Positions 26,562 through 39,647 of a stretch of DNA of 64,000 bases are shown in pieces. The stretch lies in assembly GCA_964106645.2 (NCBI GenBank), contig OZ067039.1; one strand, 5' to 3'. Source of the stretch: Podarcis pityusensis (lineage: Eukaryota). The notes below the pieces were generated by a model, which did not search any database, had not been told where the DNA came from, and saw only the letters and a program-made list of their open reading frames with translations. Both the position numbers and the translations under genes were made by a program. Each line of letters begins with the position of its first letter. Position 1 is the stretch's first letter.

Positions 26562-28709
26562 GTCAAAGTAAATATATTTTATGAAGAACAAAAGAAAAAA
26601 ATATACAGGATTGTAACTTATGTACACTGGCTTTAAAGATATTCTTTTGTTTCAAATTTACACAATTTTCTCATACGTTATTAAAAGATATTTTATATAG
26701 ATATGCAATATGTACAGTTTTATTTACATACATTCATAGGATGTGAGATAAAAACCAGTCAATAGAAGAAAGATTTGTTTATACTTGTTTCTTAGACGAC
26801 AAAAGGAATGCATTCCTAGATGAAGGTAGTGAGTGGAGCTCTTGCTCGAACATGGCCTGCATTTTGACCTGGTACGAACGCTAGAATTGCAGTGTTTTAT
26901 TTCCCATTTGGCTAACAAAAAAGTTGACAAGACAGACAAGGCTTAATCCTACAGAAGTTAATTGCAACCAAGTCCCATTGAAACCAATGGATCTTCAGGT
27001 AGGAGCTACTAATCCCGTCCCATTGCTTTCAGAGGGGTTGAGTCACGGCTAACGTTTACTCAGTTGTGCTGACGGACACAGGCACCGTCTATGATCAGAG
27101 AAGAGATGCAACACGCTCAACTGTATTTTGCTTTAAACAAATATTCTCTAATTACCAGATTCTATTTTGCTAGAAAGCTTCCTACGATCAGCTGAGTACA
27201 TAAATAAAGGGAAAAGAGGGGGTGCAGGGGAAAATGTTTCCTAACACAATAATTTTGCTGCCAGCATTGCATTATAAGTATATATATATATTGATATATA
27301 TATGTATGTACGTATTCCCTTTTTTGTTGTTGTTGTTTAGCCCTTGAGACAGCTACTGCACCAGCTGGCTAAAATGCACGATGCCCCAGTTGCATTGCTC
27401 TCCGAATAGCAGCCCATGAGGATACTCCACATTTGGGGGGTGCTTGCCTCCTACGGCTCAAAAAAAGTGCTTTCGCAAAACATTCAATAAGTCTTTTAAG
27501 TCCTCCCTCCCCAGTGACTGGGGGGGGGGGGGTATAAGGATTTCATTCCATGCTGTAAACGGGGGGGGGGGGGGGGATGAGTCCAGCATTTCTTCACACA
27601 TCCATCTGGGAAGATGCAAAGAGCCATCCCAGTTACTTCTGTGCCCATCAAAAGCCACGTGAGGAGGAGGTTGTAACTTTTGGCAGGAGGTACCTTAGGC
27701 TCCTGCAGGAATGGTACGTGATGCAGGCTATATTGCATGGTGAAAACGCAGTGGCCCAAGAAGCGGCAAAAACAAGGTATCACTCTTACATCCAGTCCTC
27801 CCACATCATGATCACCGGACTATGAATCTTTGCCAAAGAGCAAGCATCATTTGTACAGGCCTGTGAGCATCACTCCTCTCCAATGAAAAATATTTTATAG
27901 AGCACATTGGCCTGGCTATATTTTGGGCTCCATAGGAAGCCAACATTCAACGCTCTGCCTTAACACCAGCTACACTCACACACAAACACACTGATCAGCT
28001 ATTGTACTGTCAGCCTACTTTGGATTATGGCTGGACTGTGACTTTGAGACCTATGAAGCAGCAGTCAAGAACTGCTCCCAAAGACTGGAGGGGGGCAGAG
28101 TCTGTCGCTGAGATGCACCTCACCCTATGTATATTTATCATCCATGAACTGAATGAGACTGGTGTGTTTTAGTAATCTGGATGATTGGGCAAAGGACATA
28201 CATTCCACATTTTATCTTTTTGTTTCTTCCTCCTTTGGTTGCCAGCTTTTTGATTTCAAAAATACTGACCTCAGGAGGGGCAAGGGGTGGAACCAATACA
28301 CACTGGTGGAATAGGAGATAACATGGAAGACTCTTGTCAGCCTGGAAAGGAACCAGGGAGGATTAATTTAGTGGCTTATGAGAACAGGCCCTGACAAGAC
28401 TCCAGCAGAACTAGGAAGGATCTGGACCTTATGAGTTTTTCAGGCCACAATTCTGGCAGCTGACAGGATATTGTGCAGCTCTGCTCAAGAGCAGCAAAAT
28501 ACCAGCTGGCTTGCAATTTCCCACACAGAAACACAAATACAGACATCATACACCCAATATGCTCCTTTTGCCCTTCCTCATTTGATAACCTCTACAGTGG
28601 GGCAGCTAGATCATTTTAGACTCTGGACCTAAGAGTCGCATGAGGCATCCCTCTATAGGTGGCTGTGTATGACTTCAAAATGTGTGCTGCATTTGGGGGC
28701 CTTCCTGCT

Positions 28710-28945
28710 CATAAGAAGAGCACTGTGGGATCAGGCCCAAGGCCCATCTAGCCCAGCATCCTGTTCTCACAGTGGCCAACCAGATGCCTATGGGAAACCC
28801 TCAAGGAGGACCGGAGTGCAAAAGCACTCTCCCAGCCTGGAAGTCCCAAAACCTGGTATTTGGAGGCATGTGTTAGCTCCAACAGTGGAGATGGAACATG
28901 GCCGCCATGGCTAATAGTCATTGATGGCCTTATTCTCCATGCTTC
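28710..28945 (-). mobile_element. Old CR1-type 3' end inside the KLF15 3' UTR
   Basis: CATAAGAAGAGC...GGATCAGGCC...GCATCCTGTTCTCACAGTGGCCAACCAGATG. Similar copies at ~11120-11240, ~13500-13575 and ~20900-21050. Confidence 0.55.
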
Positions 28946-29529
28946 TACTGCTGAGTGGGCCTTAGCCATCAAAGGCCTCTGCCCTGACAGGACTACCAGG
29001 CCTCTACAAACTCCTAGATAAGGAACACCATCACCTCAACAAAATATATAAGCCTACCACCCCACCCCAACCTTGCCAAAAAGGCATTGTTTTAATTTCA
29101 AAAGGAATTTGCTGTTTCCAAACTGGACAAATAGGCCAACTTAATAAGAATGCTTTAAAAAAAAAAATTACCCCTCACAACGAATAGCCCTGTACATGAG
29201 CAAAGCCTTCAGGAATGCCAGAACTATAATTAACTAGCAGCAAGTAGCCCATAAATTATCATGGTGCAGGAGAAAACAGCTAAAAATAAAACACTGTAAT
29301 TTCAAAAGGAAGAAGCATCAGCAAAGGAAAGGAAAAGAAATAAGGTAAAGGTGGTGGGTGGGGGTTTTTTTCTTCTTTTTCTTTTTTAAAAAATAGATGT
29401 GTGTGAAGTCATGGCATCAGCTGTTACAGGGAGACAAATAAATTATTGTGAGGAGGATACCGAACAAAGTTCTGTCAGTTCCTGTTCATGGGTGAAGGGG
29501 TGGAAAGGAGAAAGTGAGACCCTCCCCCC

Positions 29530-29922
<393 letters not shown>

Positions 29923-30409
29923 TTATTCTCTTATTATGACAAGATCTCCTGGATTTCATCCAGTTTCAACAGAACAAAATGGAGAATTTCTCACAGATGG
30001 CAGCTGTAAATCCCCTTTTGAAATCCTTGTTCATATGGTATAGTTCTTCCACAAAAGCTTAACCAAGGTACTTTCCATCCTGTAATCCCTATAATTTTAT
30101 TTATTTTAGTAGATATCCTGCCTTTCTCCCAACATGGAACTCAACATGACATACATGGATTTCCTGGGCAGTCTCCCCTCAAAGCACTGAGCAGACTCAA
30201 TCCACCCTACCTATATCAAGGTAACAGTATCATTTGCCCATAAACCATTCCCCTATGGGCCGGGGCTGCCCACTTGTCAGTCACCTGGCATCACAATTAC
30301 ACTCTGTGATCTGTTTTTCCATTGCACTGTGTACAGAAACCCCAGTGGTCATCAGGGTATGCACACCACAGTGCATGGTGCTTTGCAAGCCCTGACAATC
30401 AGCTGATTG

Positions 30410-30530
30410 AAAGGGATCACAGCTAAAGAATCCCTGACAGATGGCCATCCAACCTCTGTTTAAAAACTTCCAGTGAAGGAGAGTCCACAGCCTTCTGAGG
30501 TAGTCTGTTCCACTGTCAAGCATCTCTTAC
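30410..30530 (-). mobile_element. CR1 3' fragment
   Basis: Reverse complement resembles the 3' end of the CR1 at 7670-7790. Confidence 0.6.
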
Positions 30531-31178
30531 TGAGTCATTTGTTTAAGCTATGTGTAGACCAGTTAATTACCAATGTTTCTAAGTGGTGTACATAAAAATT
30601 AAAAAGCATGCAATGGATAGGATTGATTAAAATTACTCGTAAAAACTGAAAAGTTCCCCTTCAATTGCCTGCTGAAGAAGAAAGGTCTCGTATGTCAAAC
30701 ACCTTTGTCAAGCAAATTCAACGGAGAGGAATGAATGAATGAATCAATCAATCAATCAATCAATAAATGCAGTGACTCACATTCGACATCAAGCTATTCC
30801 CCACATGCTCTAGCAGACCTGTCCCCCAAATGGTGGCAACATGTGGGAAATTCTCCAATACATTGGGACAAAGTCATTATCCATGAACCGCTAGCAGCAC
30901 AGAGGCAGATGTCGGCCACCAAGCATAGTTAAAAGTAGTCATTGCATATCCACTGGCACTGATTTCAAAGGAGGGAGAGTGTGACGCTGTCTCATACAAA
31001 TGTTCCTCTCATATTGGAAGGCACAGAACAACGACATTTTGAACACAACAAGGCTCAGTCAGATTGTGGAGAGAGGAGAGAGAGACCCTCAGCTAGCAAT
31101 ATAACTCTCTGAGCTTATATCTTAGGCAGCTCCTGCCTAACATCAGGAAAGGGGAAAAGAAAAGAAAAACCCTAAATA

Positions 31179-31420
31179 CAGTGGTACCTCAGGTTAAGAA
31201 TTTAATTCATTCCAGAGGTCTGTTCTTAACCTGAAACTGTTCTTAACCTGAAGCACCACTTTAGCTAATGGGGCCTCCTGCTGCCGCCGCACTGCCGTTG
31301 CACGATTTCTGTTCTCATCCTGAAGCAAAGTTCTTAACCTGAGGTACTATTTCTGGGTTAGCAGAGTCTGTAACCTGAAGCGTCTGTAACCTGAAGCGTT
31401 TGTAACCCGAGGTACCACTG
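31179..31420. mobile_element. Tc1/mariner-type MITE, complete
   Basis: TIR CAGTGGTACCTC / GAGGTACCACTG, with a TA left flank and TG right flank. Confidence 0.85.
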
Positions 31421-31846
31421 TGCTGTCAATACTGAGATGAATTCATAGAGTTGCAAGGCAGGACAGTGCTGATTTCTAGCTCCGCATAATGCTGAAACTC
31501 CTCTGAAAACCCCACGTGTTCAGGATGCACAACTGCCCCTTTCGAAAGATGGTGCTATGAAGTGGGTGTCAGCTAGAACAGTAGCAAAGGTTGGCACTGA
31601 AAAGAATTCTTAAGAAGTGCTGTCAGCTGTTTGCTTGTAGTAAATGAATGAAGCCGCAGTCATTTACTAAATGCAAATTGGAAGAGAAAGGAAATCTGTA
31701 AAATGTGTTTGCCTGAAAAGATAGTAGATTGCTATGTTTAGGTGAATGCATTTTGTTTTGTTTTTAAGCAAAAAATAATAATTCTCAAGAGAAATGCAGG
31801 TGTGCCAAATTCCTGTGCCATCATTGTGTGATGCTTGGATTTATTT

Positions 31847-31849
<3 letters not shown>

Positions 31850-31887
<38 letters not shown>
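31850..31887. repeat. (CA)n microsatellite
   Basis: Direct reading. Confidence 0.95.
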
Positions 31888-31893
<6 letters not shown>

Positions 31894-34078
31894 AATGCTG
31901 AGTCCATTGGGATGAGTTTTTATTATTAGCAAAATCAGGGGCAGATGCATGAGCACCTCAAAGATATGTGCTATCTGAGCCATGGAAAGCAGCGTGAGTT
32001 AATATGATAAGAATATTCTTTACCTCATGCCTAAACCCTGCAGTTGATCAGGTAACAATGTTGCTATGCTGTTGCCCAGCTTGCTGGGAAAGATCAGCTT
32101 ACTATTCCAGCAGAAATACACTCCCTGATCCCTGCGTGTTTATACAAAAGAAAAGACTCGAAAGGTGAACATCTGAAGCACGTAGAATCCCTTGCGATCG
32201 CCACACACTAGCCTTACCAACTTTTGTTTGCTCATTTTGGCTGGCCTTTGTGTCATGGTGCACATGGAATGATGTCACATATCCTTAAAGAGTTTGATTC
32301 AATCACAGGTGGTTCTCGGGTCAAACAAGCAGGACATGTGACAGATCCTGGAATCATGGTAGCAAGCTGCCTGGGTTTCACAGCAATTAGCTGAGCCCCG
32401 AAAGTGAGAAAGGGGGAGATCTTTTCCCATATGTTAATTGCTCAGAAAATCTGGGGGAAAAGTGCTTCAGTGGGATTTAAGCATGCTTCAGTGGAGGGTT
32501 GCTGGCAGAGTGAAGCAGCTGCCTCAGGTTGGTTTAGGGGTGTCATAGAAGGGCAGCAATTTGTTAGTTATTTAATTGGATGTTGTGCCTTTACTCCCAG
32601 GGAGAGGTACTTGTGGATTTTCTGTCTCAAGTACCTCGGATACTATGCACCTTGACTCAGAGAGGGGAACCCTCTGGAACTGCACATCAAGAGACACAAT
32701 TTGCTTTGTGTCAGTTAATTGCACCTTCATATTATGCACCGCCAGTCCAGCTTCCTTGTTTTTCAAAAACCCACCCACATTTTCTTATGTGATGGCGGGT
32801 GCTTTAGAAGTGTGCAGACTGCAGCTAATGGACTATATCTGCTTTCTAGTGCAGCTGTGCTGAATGCCTTGCATAAAAGAAAAGGTACAAGTAGTAGCCA
32901 ATAGGCACTGCTGTGTCTCCATATGTCCTACATCAGTATTCTTCAACCTCAAATCCCAGGCATTTGTTAGACTACACCTCCCAGCATCCCGAGTCAGGTT
33001 AGCCAATGGTCAAGGGTGATGGGAGTTGTAGTTCGACAGCATCTGAGGACCCAGGTTCAAATGCTTCTCAGTTAAAACGATTATCGTTTCCCACCCTTGA
33101 ATTATAGCACCTTGATTGACAAACATTATTTAATTTTTATTTACTTATCAGATTTATATACACACAAAGGAATGGTATTCTGAAGGAAAAGCTGGTATGT
33201 TTCAAGTTCCAAGGACTGATATATAGAATTTCAGGTATCACACATCCTAAAATATCAAAGATGGGGGGTTAAATATCGATTTCATAGGTCAAATACCAAC
33301 CCAGGAATTGGATATCTGCATTCAGCATGAAATCTGAGTTCAACTATGTGAACCGTAGCAGATTCCAAATTGGATTTTTGAATGAAAAATGCATTTCTGA
33401 GTTAATTATGGCGGTCCAGCCATTATAAGTGTATTGATGGCTTTCCAAATTATAAGTCCATAGCTCACTTACATTTTGTGTTTGCTGATTGCTTCATCCC
33501 AAGTTCTGGTAACACTCAACTCTTGCTAACCACATACTGCCGGTTTTAAATTGTTTTTAATGATAATTTGAATGTTTTATTTTATATTTTTTGTAAACTG
33601 CATAAGAGGTTTTCTTACAATCATGTGGTATATAAATTTTGTGAAATAAAATAAATAAGCAAACAAACACCTTGAACTGCATTCATAGAGGAGATGCAGT
33701 GTAATCGTGGGAAGGCGTCCGTTCCAATGGGAGATATTTGTCATTTGCCTGCAGGGCTTGTTTGATTGCTTTACACAACAGGTTATTTATTTTGTAGGCT
33801 CTCATAATGGTACAACAGTAACAAAGACGATAAATGGTCCCAGGGTATTGTCTGAAGGCAAGGGAGGCCACCACCCTGGTGAAGCAAAACTGGTCTGGCT
33901 CAAAATATAGGAAGCTGCCTTATTTTGAGTCAGACCAATGTTTTGCCTAGCTCATTATTATTTACTCTTGACTGGCAGAAGATATCCAGGGTTTCAGGCA
34001 ACACCTTTCGGTTGCCTTGCATCAGGTCAGACCATATATTTATCCTACCAGTTTGGCATTGTCTGGCTAGCAGTGACA

Positions 34079-34080
<2 letters not shown>

Positions 34081-34115
<35 letters not shown>
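34081..34115. repeat. (CT)n microsatellite
   Basis: Direct reading. Confidence 0.95.
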
Positions 34116-34120
<5 letters not shown>

Positions 34121-34749
34121 GGGTCTCCAAGACACAGACCTTTCCCATCACCTGATGGGTCTTTACTGGAGGTGCCAGGCACTAAACTTGGCTGCTTCAG
34201 CATCTACTTGACTCTACTGAGGTTTAGTCCTTCCCCGTGGAGCAGGAGCAGAGAAAGATCCATTTGATTCTGCCTTGCCTACTTTAAATGTGTTTTGATG
34301 TTCTACTACGGTAGTAATGCACTACTGTAAGATGAGCAACTGTGGTTAGATAACAGCCTGTGAAGCAAAGTCATTGCTGTTGCTGCAGCCATCATACTAC
34401 AGATCGAAGGAGGGTCGTACCACACAGCAGCATGGGGTAGCCAACATGGTGGCTCCCTGGCATTGTAACACTCCAGCTCCCAACTTCCCTGAGCACTGGC
34501 CAGACTGACTGGGGCTGATGGGAAATGGTGTCCAATAATATCTGCAAGGCACAACACTGACTACCCCTGCAACAGAAGAATGGAGAAATGGAGAAGCCAA
34601 TCTGTAGTAGATGTATTAGAATATAGGCACATCAGATTTCCTGGTGCATTTTGAATACCCAGGTTCTCTTTTGAGGGAAGCTATTCAGCAACATGACATT
34701 TTGTTTTTAACCTCACTGTCTCGTCTAAAAGAAGGAGCAGCTTTAGTGC

Positions 34750-34962
34750 TGTCCATAGCTAAGTTATAAGAAAGGAGATTCCGACCAAACTTCAGAACAA
34801 ACCTTCTGACAGCAGGAGCTGTTTGACAGCGGAACGGACTCCCTCAGGAGGTTGTGGTCTCTCCTTTCTTGGAGGTTTTTAAGCAGAGGTTAGATGGCCA
34901 TCTGCCATGGATGCCTTAGGCCCTTCAGGTCCCTTCCAACTCTACAGTTCTTTGATTCTAAG
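34750..34962 (+). mobile_element. CR1 3' fragment
   Basis: Similar to 7620-7860 (GGAGGTTTTTAAGCAGAGGTT...GTCCCTTCCAACTCTACAGTTCTTTGATTCTA). Confidence 0.7.
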
Positions 34963-35797
34963 TATTGTGTTTCCATTTACACAGACCAGGGCAATTTTCT
35001 TTAATTGCTCTTGATGCAAACAAACACCTGAAATGCATCTGTTTGGAAAAAGGAGTCCTACACAAAGAGGAAAAGAAAACAACTAAAGGAAAAATACCAG
35101 AAGTGTATCTCTTGGGCCTGTGTGTTCAATACAGGGCGATAAAGAAAAATGGAAAAGAACAGAAGCTCCAGGTGTACTCGGCACACACAAGTCATGTGAG
35201 GTCCCAGCTCTCTCTGAACTTCTAGAAAGTAAACATTCTCTGCTGATAAAAGGAAAGCTGTGCAATTTTGGGCTCAGTTACCTCCAGCCACTTGCCAATC
35301 TCACTTTGATGGCCAAAAACACCACATAAGTGTGCACTGAAATTCTGGACTAATCCTAGAGAGGTATACTGGAAGAAACAAACTCCTTAGAAAATGGGCG
35401 GCCGCCTCTTCCTTCCTTTTAATAACAAATGCCCATTGCAAATGTGGGGTGGGAAACCCTGGGCCCTCTCTGGCCCTCAAGACTCTCTGAAAGCTATGCT
35501 CCACCCAAGCCCTGCCCTTTACACACAATCCACACCCTGCAGTGGCCATACTCTGCCATCTCCTTGAATAATCTTGCCTGCCTGCAATCTGCCACTGATC
35601 TGTTGATCTGCTGTCTTCCATAAGTCTCCTCCTCATACTGACCATGAGCTAGAGCTGTCAAATGTACATATCAGCTGATGCAGTTAACATATGCACTGGC
35701 TCAAAATAATAGCTCCCACCCAAAAAGATTAAAGGGCGTAAGGATCTGCAGGATGTGTAGTTTCTCGAGTAAAGAAAGGGGAAGACCTCTGGTGATG

Positions 35798-35946
35798 CAG
35801 TGGCGTAGCGTGGGGGTGCAGGGGGGCTGGCTGCACCGGGCGCAACATCTGGGGGGGCGCTCGCACTCACAGCTCTCTGCCCCACCTGGAGGGGGCGCAA
35901 ATTACTTGCCTTGCCCCGGGTGCTGACAACCCACACTACGCCACTG
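35798..35946. mobile_element. GC-rich MITE
   Basis: TIR CAGTGGCGTAGCGTGGG / CCCACACTACGCCACTG; no clear TSD. Confidence 0.7.
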
Positions 35947-36691
35947 TTCTCCACAGCACTTAGACCCTGGATGCCACAGTACCAGGCCTACACAACTCAC
36001 AATGCACCAAAGCAGATCACAGCTGTGCATTGTGGCCAGCAAGGTGCATGCTGTCCCTTCCCCTGCTTTTTGCAGAGGCAGCAAAAACATGAGAGGTCTA
36101 TCAAACCTCTGGTGGACAATCATCCATGGCTGGTGTACATCACTCATGCTAGTCAGCTGTTACTCACAAGGACGCAGGCAGTCATCAATGCAAGCACATT
36201 CCCCATCACAGCAATGCAACATATTGCCTGGGCCATATCCACTGCCCTCTCTCCTGTGATAAATGTACAGCTGCCATTTTCTGAACTTTGTGACATTCCA
36301 CAAAGCCGAACCTCATAAAGAAGGTATCTTAGATATTAGTTCTTACTCTGTTTAAGGGTTGGGCACTCCGGGCCTCTCTCTCTAGCCCTCAGGCCACATG
36401 TCCTGCCTTAGCCACAAGCCATCACTGGCCCATCTTCTCATGAGTGCTTCTGCATGGCTGGAAAGTATCCTAGAATTCTGTCAATGCCCCTTGCTTGTCT
36501 GGACGGAGGATAGATTGTGCTGTGTAAGCGGGTGTAGAAACTCACCTACTGCACAAAGGTAACATTTGCATTTGTTGCTCCACCCAATTTGCTTCCAGAC
36601 TCACCCAACACTTGCATGTGGCCTCTGAACAGTGGCCAAGAAGGGAATGTGGCCCTCAAGCTGAAAAGGGTTCCTTACTCTTGCTGTAAAG

Positions 36692-36957
36692 CAGGGGTGT
36701 GGAACTTTGGGCTCTCTAGGTGTTGCTGAGCTACAACTCCCATCAGCCCCAGCTCAAGGCTTATGGGAGCTGCAGTACAACAACATTTGGAGACCAAAGG
36801 TCCCCCACCTGTGCCCTAAAGCAGAGTTTCCCAAACTTGGGTCTCCAGCAGTTTTTGGACTACAATTCCCATCATGCCTGACTACTTTTCCTGCTAACTA
36901 GGGGTGATGGGAGTTGTAGTCTGAAAACAGCTGGAGACCCAAGTTTGAGAAACCCTG
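36692..36957. mobile_element. Two abutting palindromic hAT-type MITEs (36692-36813 and 36822-36957)
   Basis: Each is an inverted-repeat element with a CTACAA(C/T)TCCCATCA core. Separated and flanked by the 8-mers CTGTAAAG, CCCTAAAG and TCCTAAAG. Confidence 0.75.
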
Positions 36958-38558
36958 TCCTAAAGCATACTAAAAAAAATAAATTTTAAAAATTGGTGAT
37001 TTCAGGCTCTTCTCTACGACTTGTGACAGTTTCACCCACTGCCCTCTTGACATCTTCTGCTCATGCGATCCATGCTCACTTCCCTTGAAGTTAGGAAAAT
37101 GACGTACATTTGTGGCTTTCATAAAGTACATCCTCAGAAGAAAGGATGGAAGAGCAAAGAGGACTGGAGAGTCACTGAGAGTCCTCAGACAGGCTTGCTG
37201 GGATTTCAAGTCCATTGGCTACAGAATACCAAAATCATTTTCCTTCACCAGCATTTAAAAAAAATCTGAACATTTGTCATAATTTCCTCACATCCCCCGC
37301 TCACAGAGACAAAATTTTCCACAAAAATATTTGCATTAGGGTTCACTGTTAGGGAGAGCAAATATTCTAAATGCCATGACAGGAAGCCATCAGGACGGGA
37401 GGCCAACCGCGTAGTTAATAATCAACTATTTCCCTAAAAACCACGGGTGAGAAATGTTATGAGTCGCTCCTTGCAGGCATAGGGCAATCAACCTAGGGAA
37501 GTGTCACAAATATGGAAATTGAAGAACATAAATACTGAGTCAAGCCAAATGTCCAACCGAGAATCTCAGCCTCCAGGCATGACCAACATTGGATCCTACG
37601 CCATAGGGAAACCACAGCGATTACACAGCGATTCCTCTGTCTAGTCTCTCTTACTTACAGCCTGCGGAAAACAGAGGGTTTGGAGGCATTTTGACTAAGC
37701 CTTCCCCATTCTGAAAAGAAGCATGCCTATTTCATCCTCGAGTATCCATGCCCAACTGCAACATGTAGTAAGCACTGCAAGATGGCATTTGACATCGCCT
37801 CACAAGTTCAGGGGTGGAAGCCACAACAAAGATGCTCAGCACACGGATGAGATGCAGGTCAACAGACATTTAGCAGACCAGATTTGCAAAGTCTTGTGGA
37901 ATTTGTGTTGATTCAGTCAGAAGGAGTGTCAAGCCATTCAGAAAGCAGAGATTTCCATGGGTCTGATTGTATGCATTCACTTAAAGATGGTGAATATGGA
38001 TATATAATTGATAATTCCCCCTCCCTCTTTTGTCACTAACTGCAATTATAGGAACATATGAAGCTGTCAAAATACTTTGCCCATCTAGCCTAGTACTGTC
38101 ATCTCACCTGCCACTCAACCATTTAACTGGAGAGGATTGAGCCTGGGACTTTTTTGTATTCAAATCCTGTGCTTCACCACTGAACTCCTCTTGGCACCTA
38201 TCCTTTCCTTTGGTGCTGATTGCAGGAAATGCATCGCAGCCAAGCCCATAATATACAGCTCGCAATGCCTGTTCTGACAAGTTCAATCTCTCTTTTATGA
38301 GCTGAGATGACAACTGTTTTTGTTGAAAAACAAAACCTTTTCTGCCACTAAAGCCCAAGAGGTTGTGCCATTTGATTCATAGATGTTGCTAGCGTCATCT
38401 CATTTCGAGAGAACATGCTTAAATTCTAACGATCGGCAGGTACTAGAGAAGAAGGCACATCCTTCAATTAATTTGGTTCAAAATCACCGGCTAGCAAATA
38501 ACGTGGAACGAATGGCAGTATTATGTGACCCAGCCTGCCACCACACCCCAATACTGAC

Positions 38559-39592
38559 CTCCATCCGCAACCGGGCCACGTACACGCAAAGGGTTTCTCC
38601 CCCGTGTGCCTCCTCAGGTGGGCTTTCAAGTGGCTGCTTTTAGTGTACATCTTGGTACATCCGGGGAAAGTACATTTGTGCATTTTAATGAGTTCTGCCG
38701 CAGGGTTCTTTTGAAACTTTTGACCCATGATGACCCCCGTTTGCCCCTGGATCGTACCTCCAGGCCCGATTGGTTTTGCAGCGATCGGAACTGGGGCTAT
38801 GCGGACAAATTTGGAGGAGGAGTTCAAGTTGGATGACGGAACAAGCTGTGGCACAAGTGCAAAGGTTTGCCCTTGGATGTTGACCAGGAGCTGTGCGATT
38901 TTAATGTTCTCTTGCGCAGGTCCCTGTGAACTAGGGCTTGCGTTCGATGCTTGCTTAACTTGCACTGGTTGGATTTGGAGCATGACTGGGATCCCCCCAT
39001 CGAGGGACATGGCTCCGTTTGATGCATCCATCGTGCCGCTTGACTGTTCGCTTTTGCTATCTTTTAAACTATTACTGGGTACCATGTGATCTTTGGGCTG
39101 CATGGAAGCCACAGTTATCTGGCCACAAGCTCTCATGTCTTTGGTCTCGCTTTTGGGTCCTTCCTTGAGCTCTGTCTCCATGTTCTCTTCCAGAAACTCC
39201 TCGATTTCCTCCAGGGTGGGCTGAAATGGTCCCGAATCCTCCATCTCCACTGTGAATTCGGGCATCCTATAATGCTCCTCCTTCACAATAGGCTGAAGTC
39301 TCCTTTTGTCCCACCAAGAGGCATGGCCATTCCCCAAGGATGCCTGAGACAACAAGTAGTCCAAGATGCTGTCCTGACTCTCGGCACTTGACGAGCTCCC
39401 GCAGCTTGAGCTAAGGACCTGGGAATCGGGACTGGAACAAGAGCAAAAACTGGAAGAGTCGCTGTCATCTTCCGACAAGGGGGACGGCAGCATGTGGTAC
39501 GACCTGCCGATTGCTGTCATGTCCCCAAAGTATCCGAGAAGAGGCCTTGCAGATGAGAAGGACTCATCCGCAGGAAGCAAGTGATCCACCAT
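38559..39592 (-). CDS. KLF15: Krueppel-like factor 15, first coding exon (exon 2): N-terminus, acidic activation segment, ZF1 and first half of ZF2
   Basis: The ORF begins [14 protein letters not shown] (KLF15-type N-terminus) and contains [26 protein letters not shown] and [41 protein letters not shown]. Donor TGG AG|GTCAGT with GT at 38558-38557. The 374-aa ORF-track call runs on into the intron. Confidence 0.97.
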
Positions 39593-39647
39593 CCCGGGAT
39601 AATCTCTTTATAGGTCTCCCACCAGCATGTACCAACAGAGCGAAAGC
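39593..39647 (-). other. KLF15: 5' UTR part of KLF15 exon 2
   Basis: Pyrimidine-rich acceptor GTGTTTGTGTTTCCCATATCCAG|G with AG at 39649-39648; the exon starts 55 nt upstream of the ATG. Confidence 0.75.

Larger units (their letters stand above)
26540..29529 (-). other. KLF15: KLF15 3' UTR (inferred, ~3 kb)
   Basis: Runs from the stop codon to an AU-rich terminal block with UGUA motifs and an AATAAA. Contains TE remnants (~26940-27070, ~28710-28945). Confidence 0.6.

Noticed and set aside
38468-38558. C-terminal [11 protein letters not shown]...FEPN of the 374-aa ORF as the real KLF15 end
   Set aside because: Read-through past the GTCAGT donor into intron 2. The true ZF2/ZF3 continuation is at 29698. 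It would apply only to an intron-retained isoform, for which there is no evidence here.
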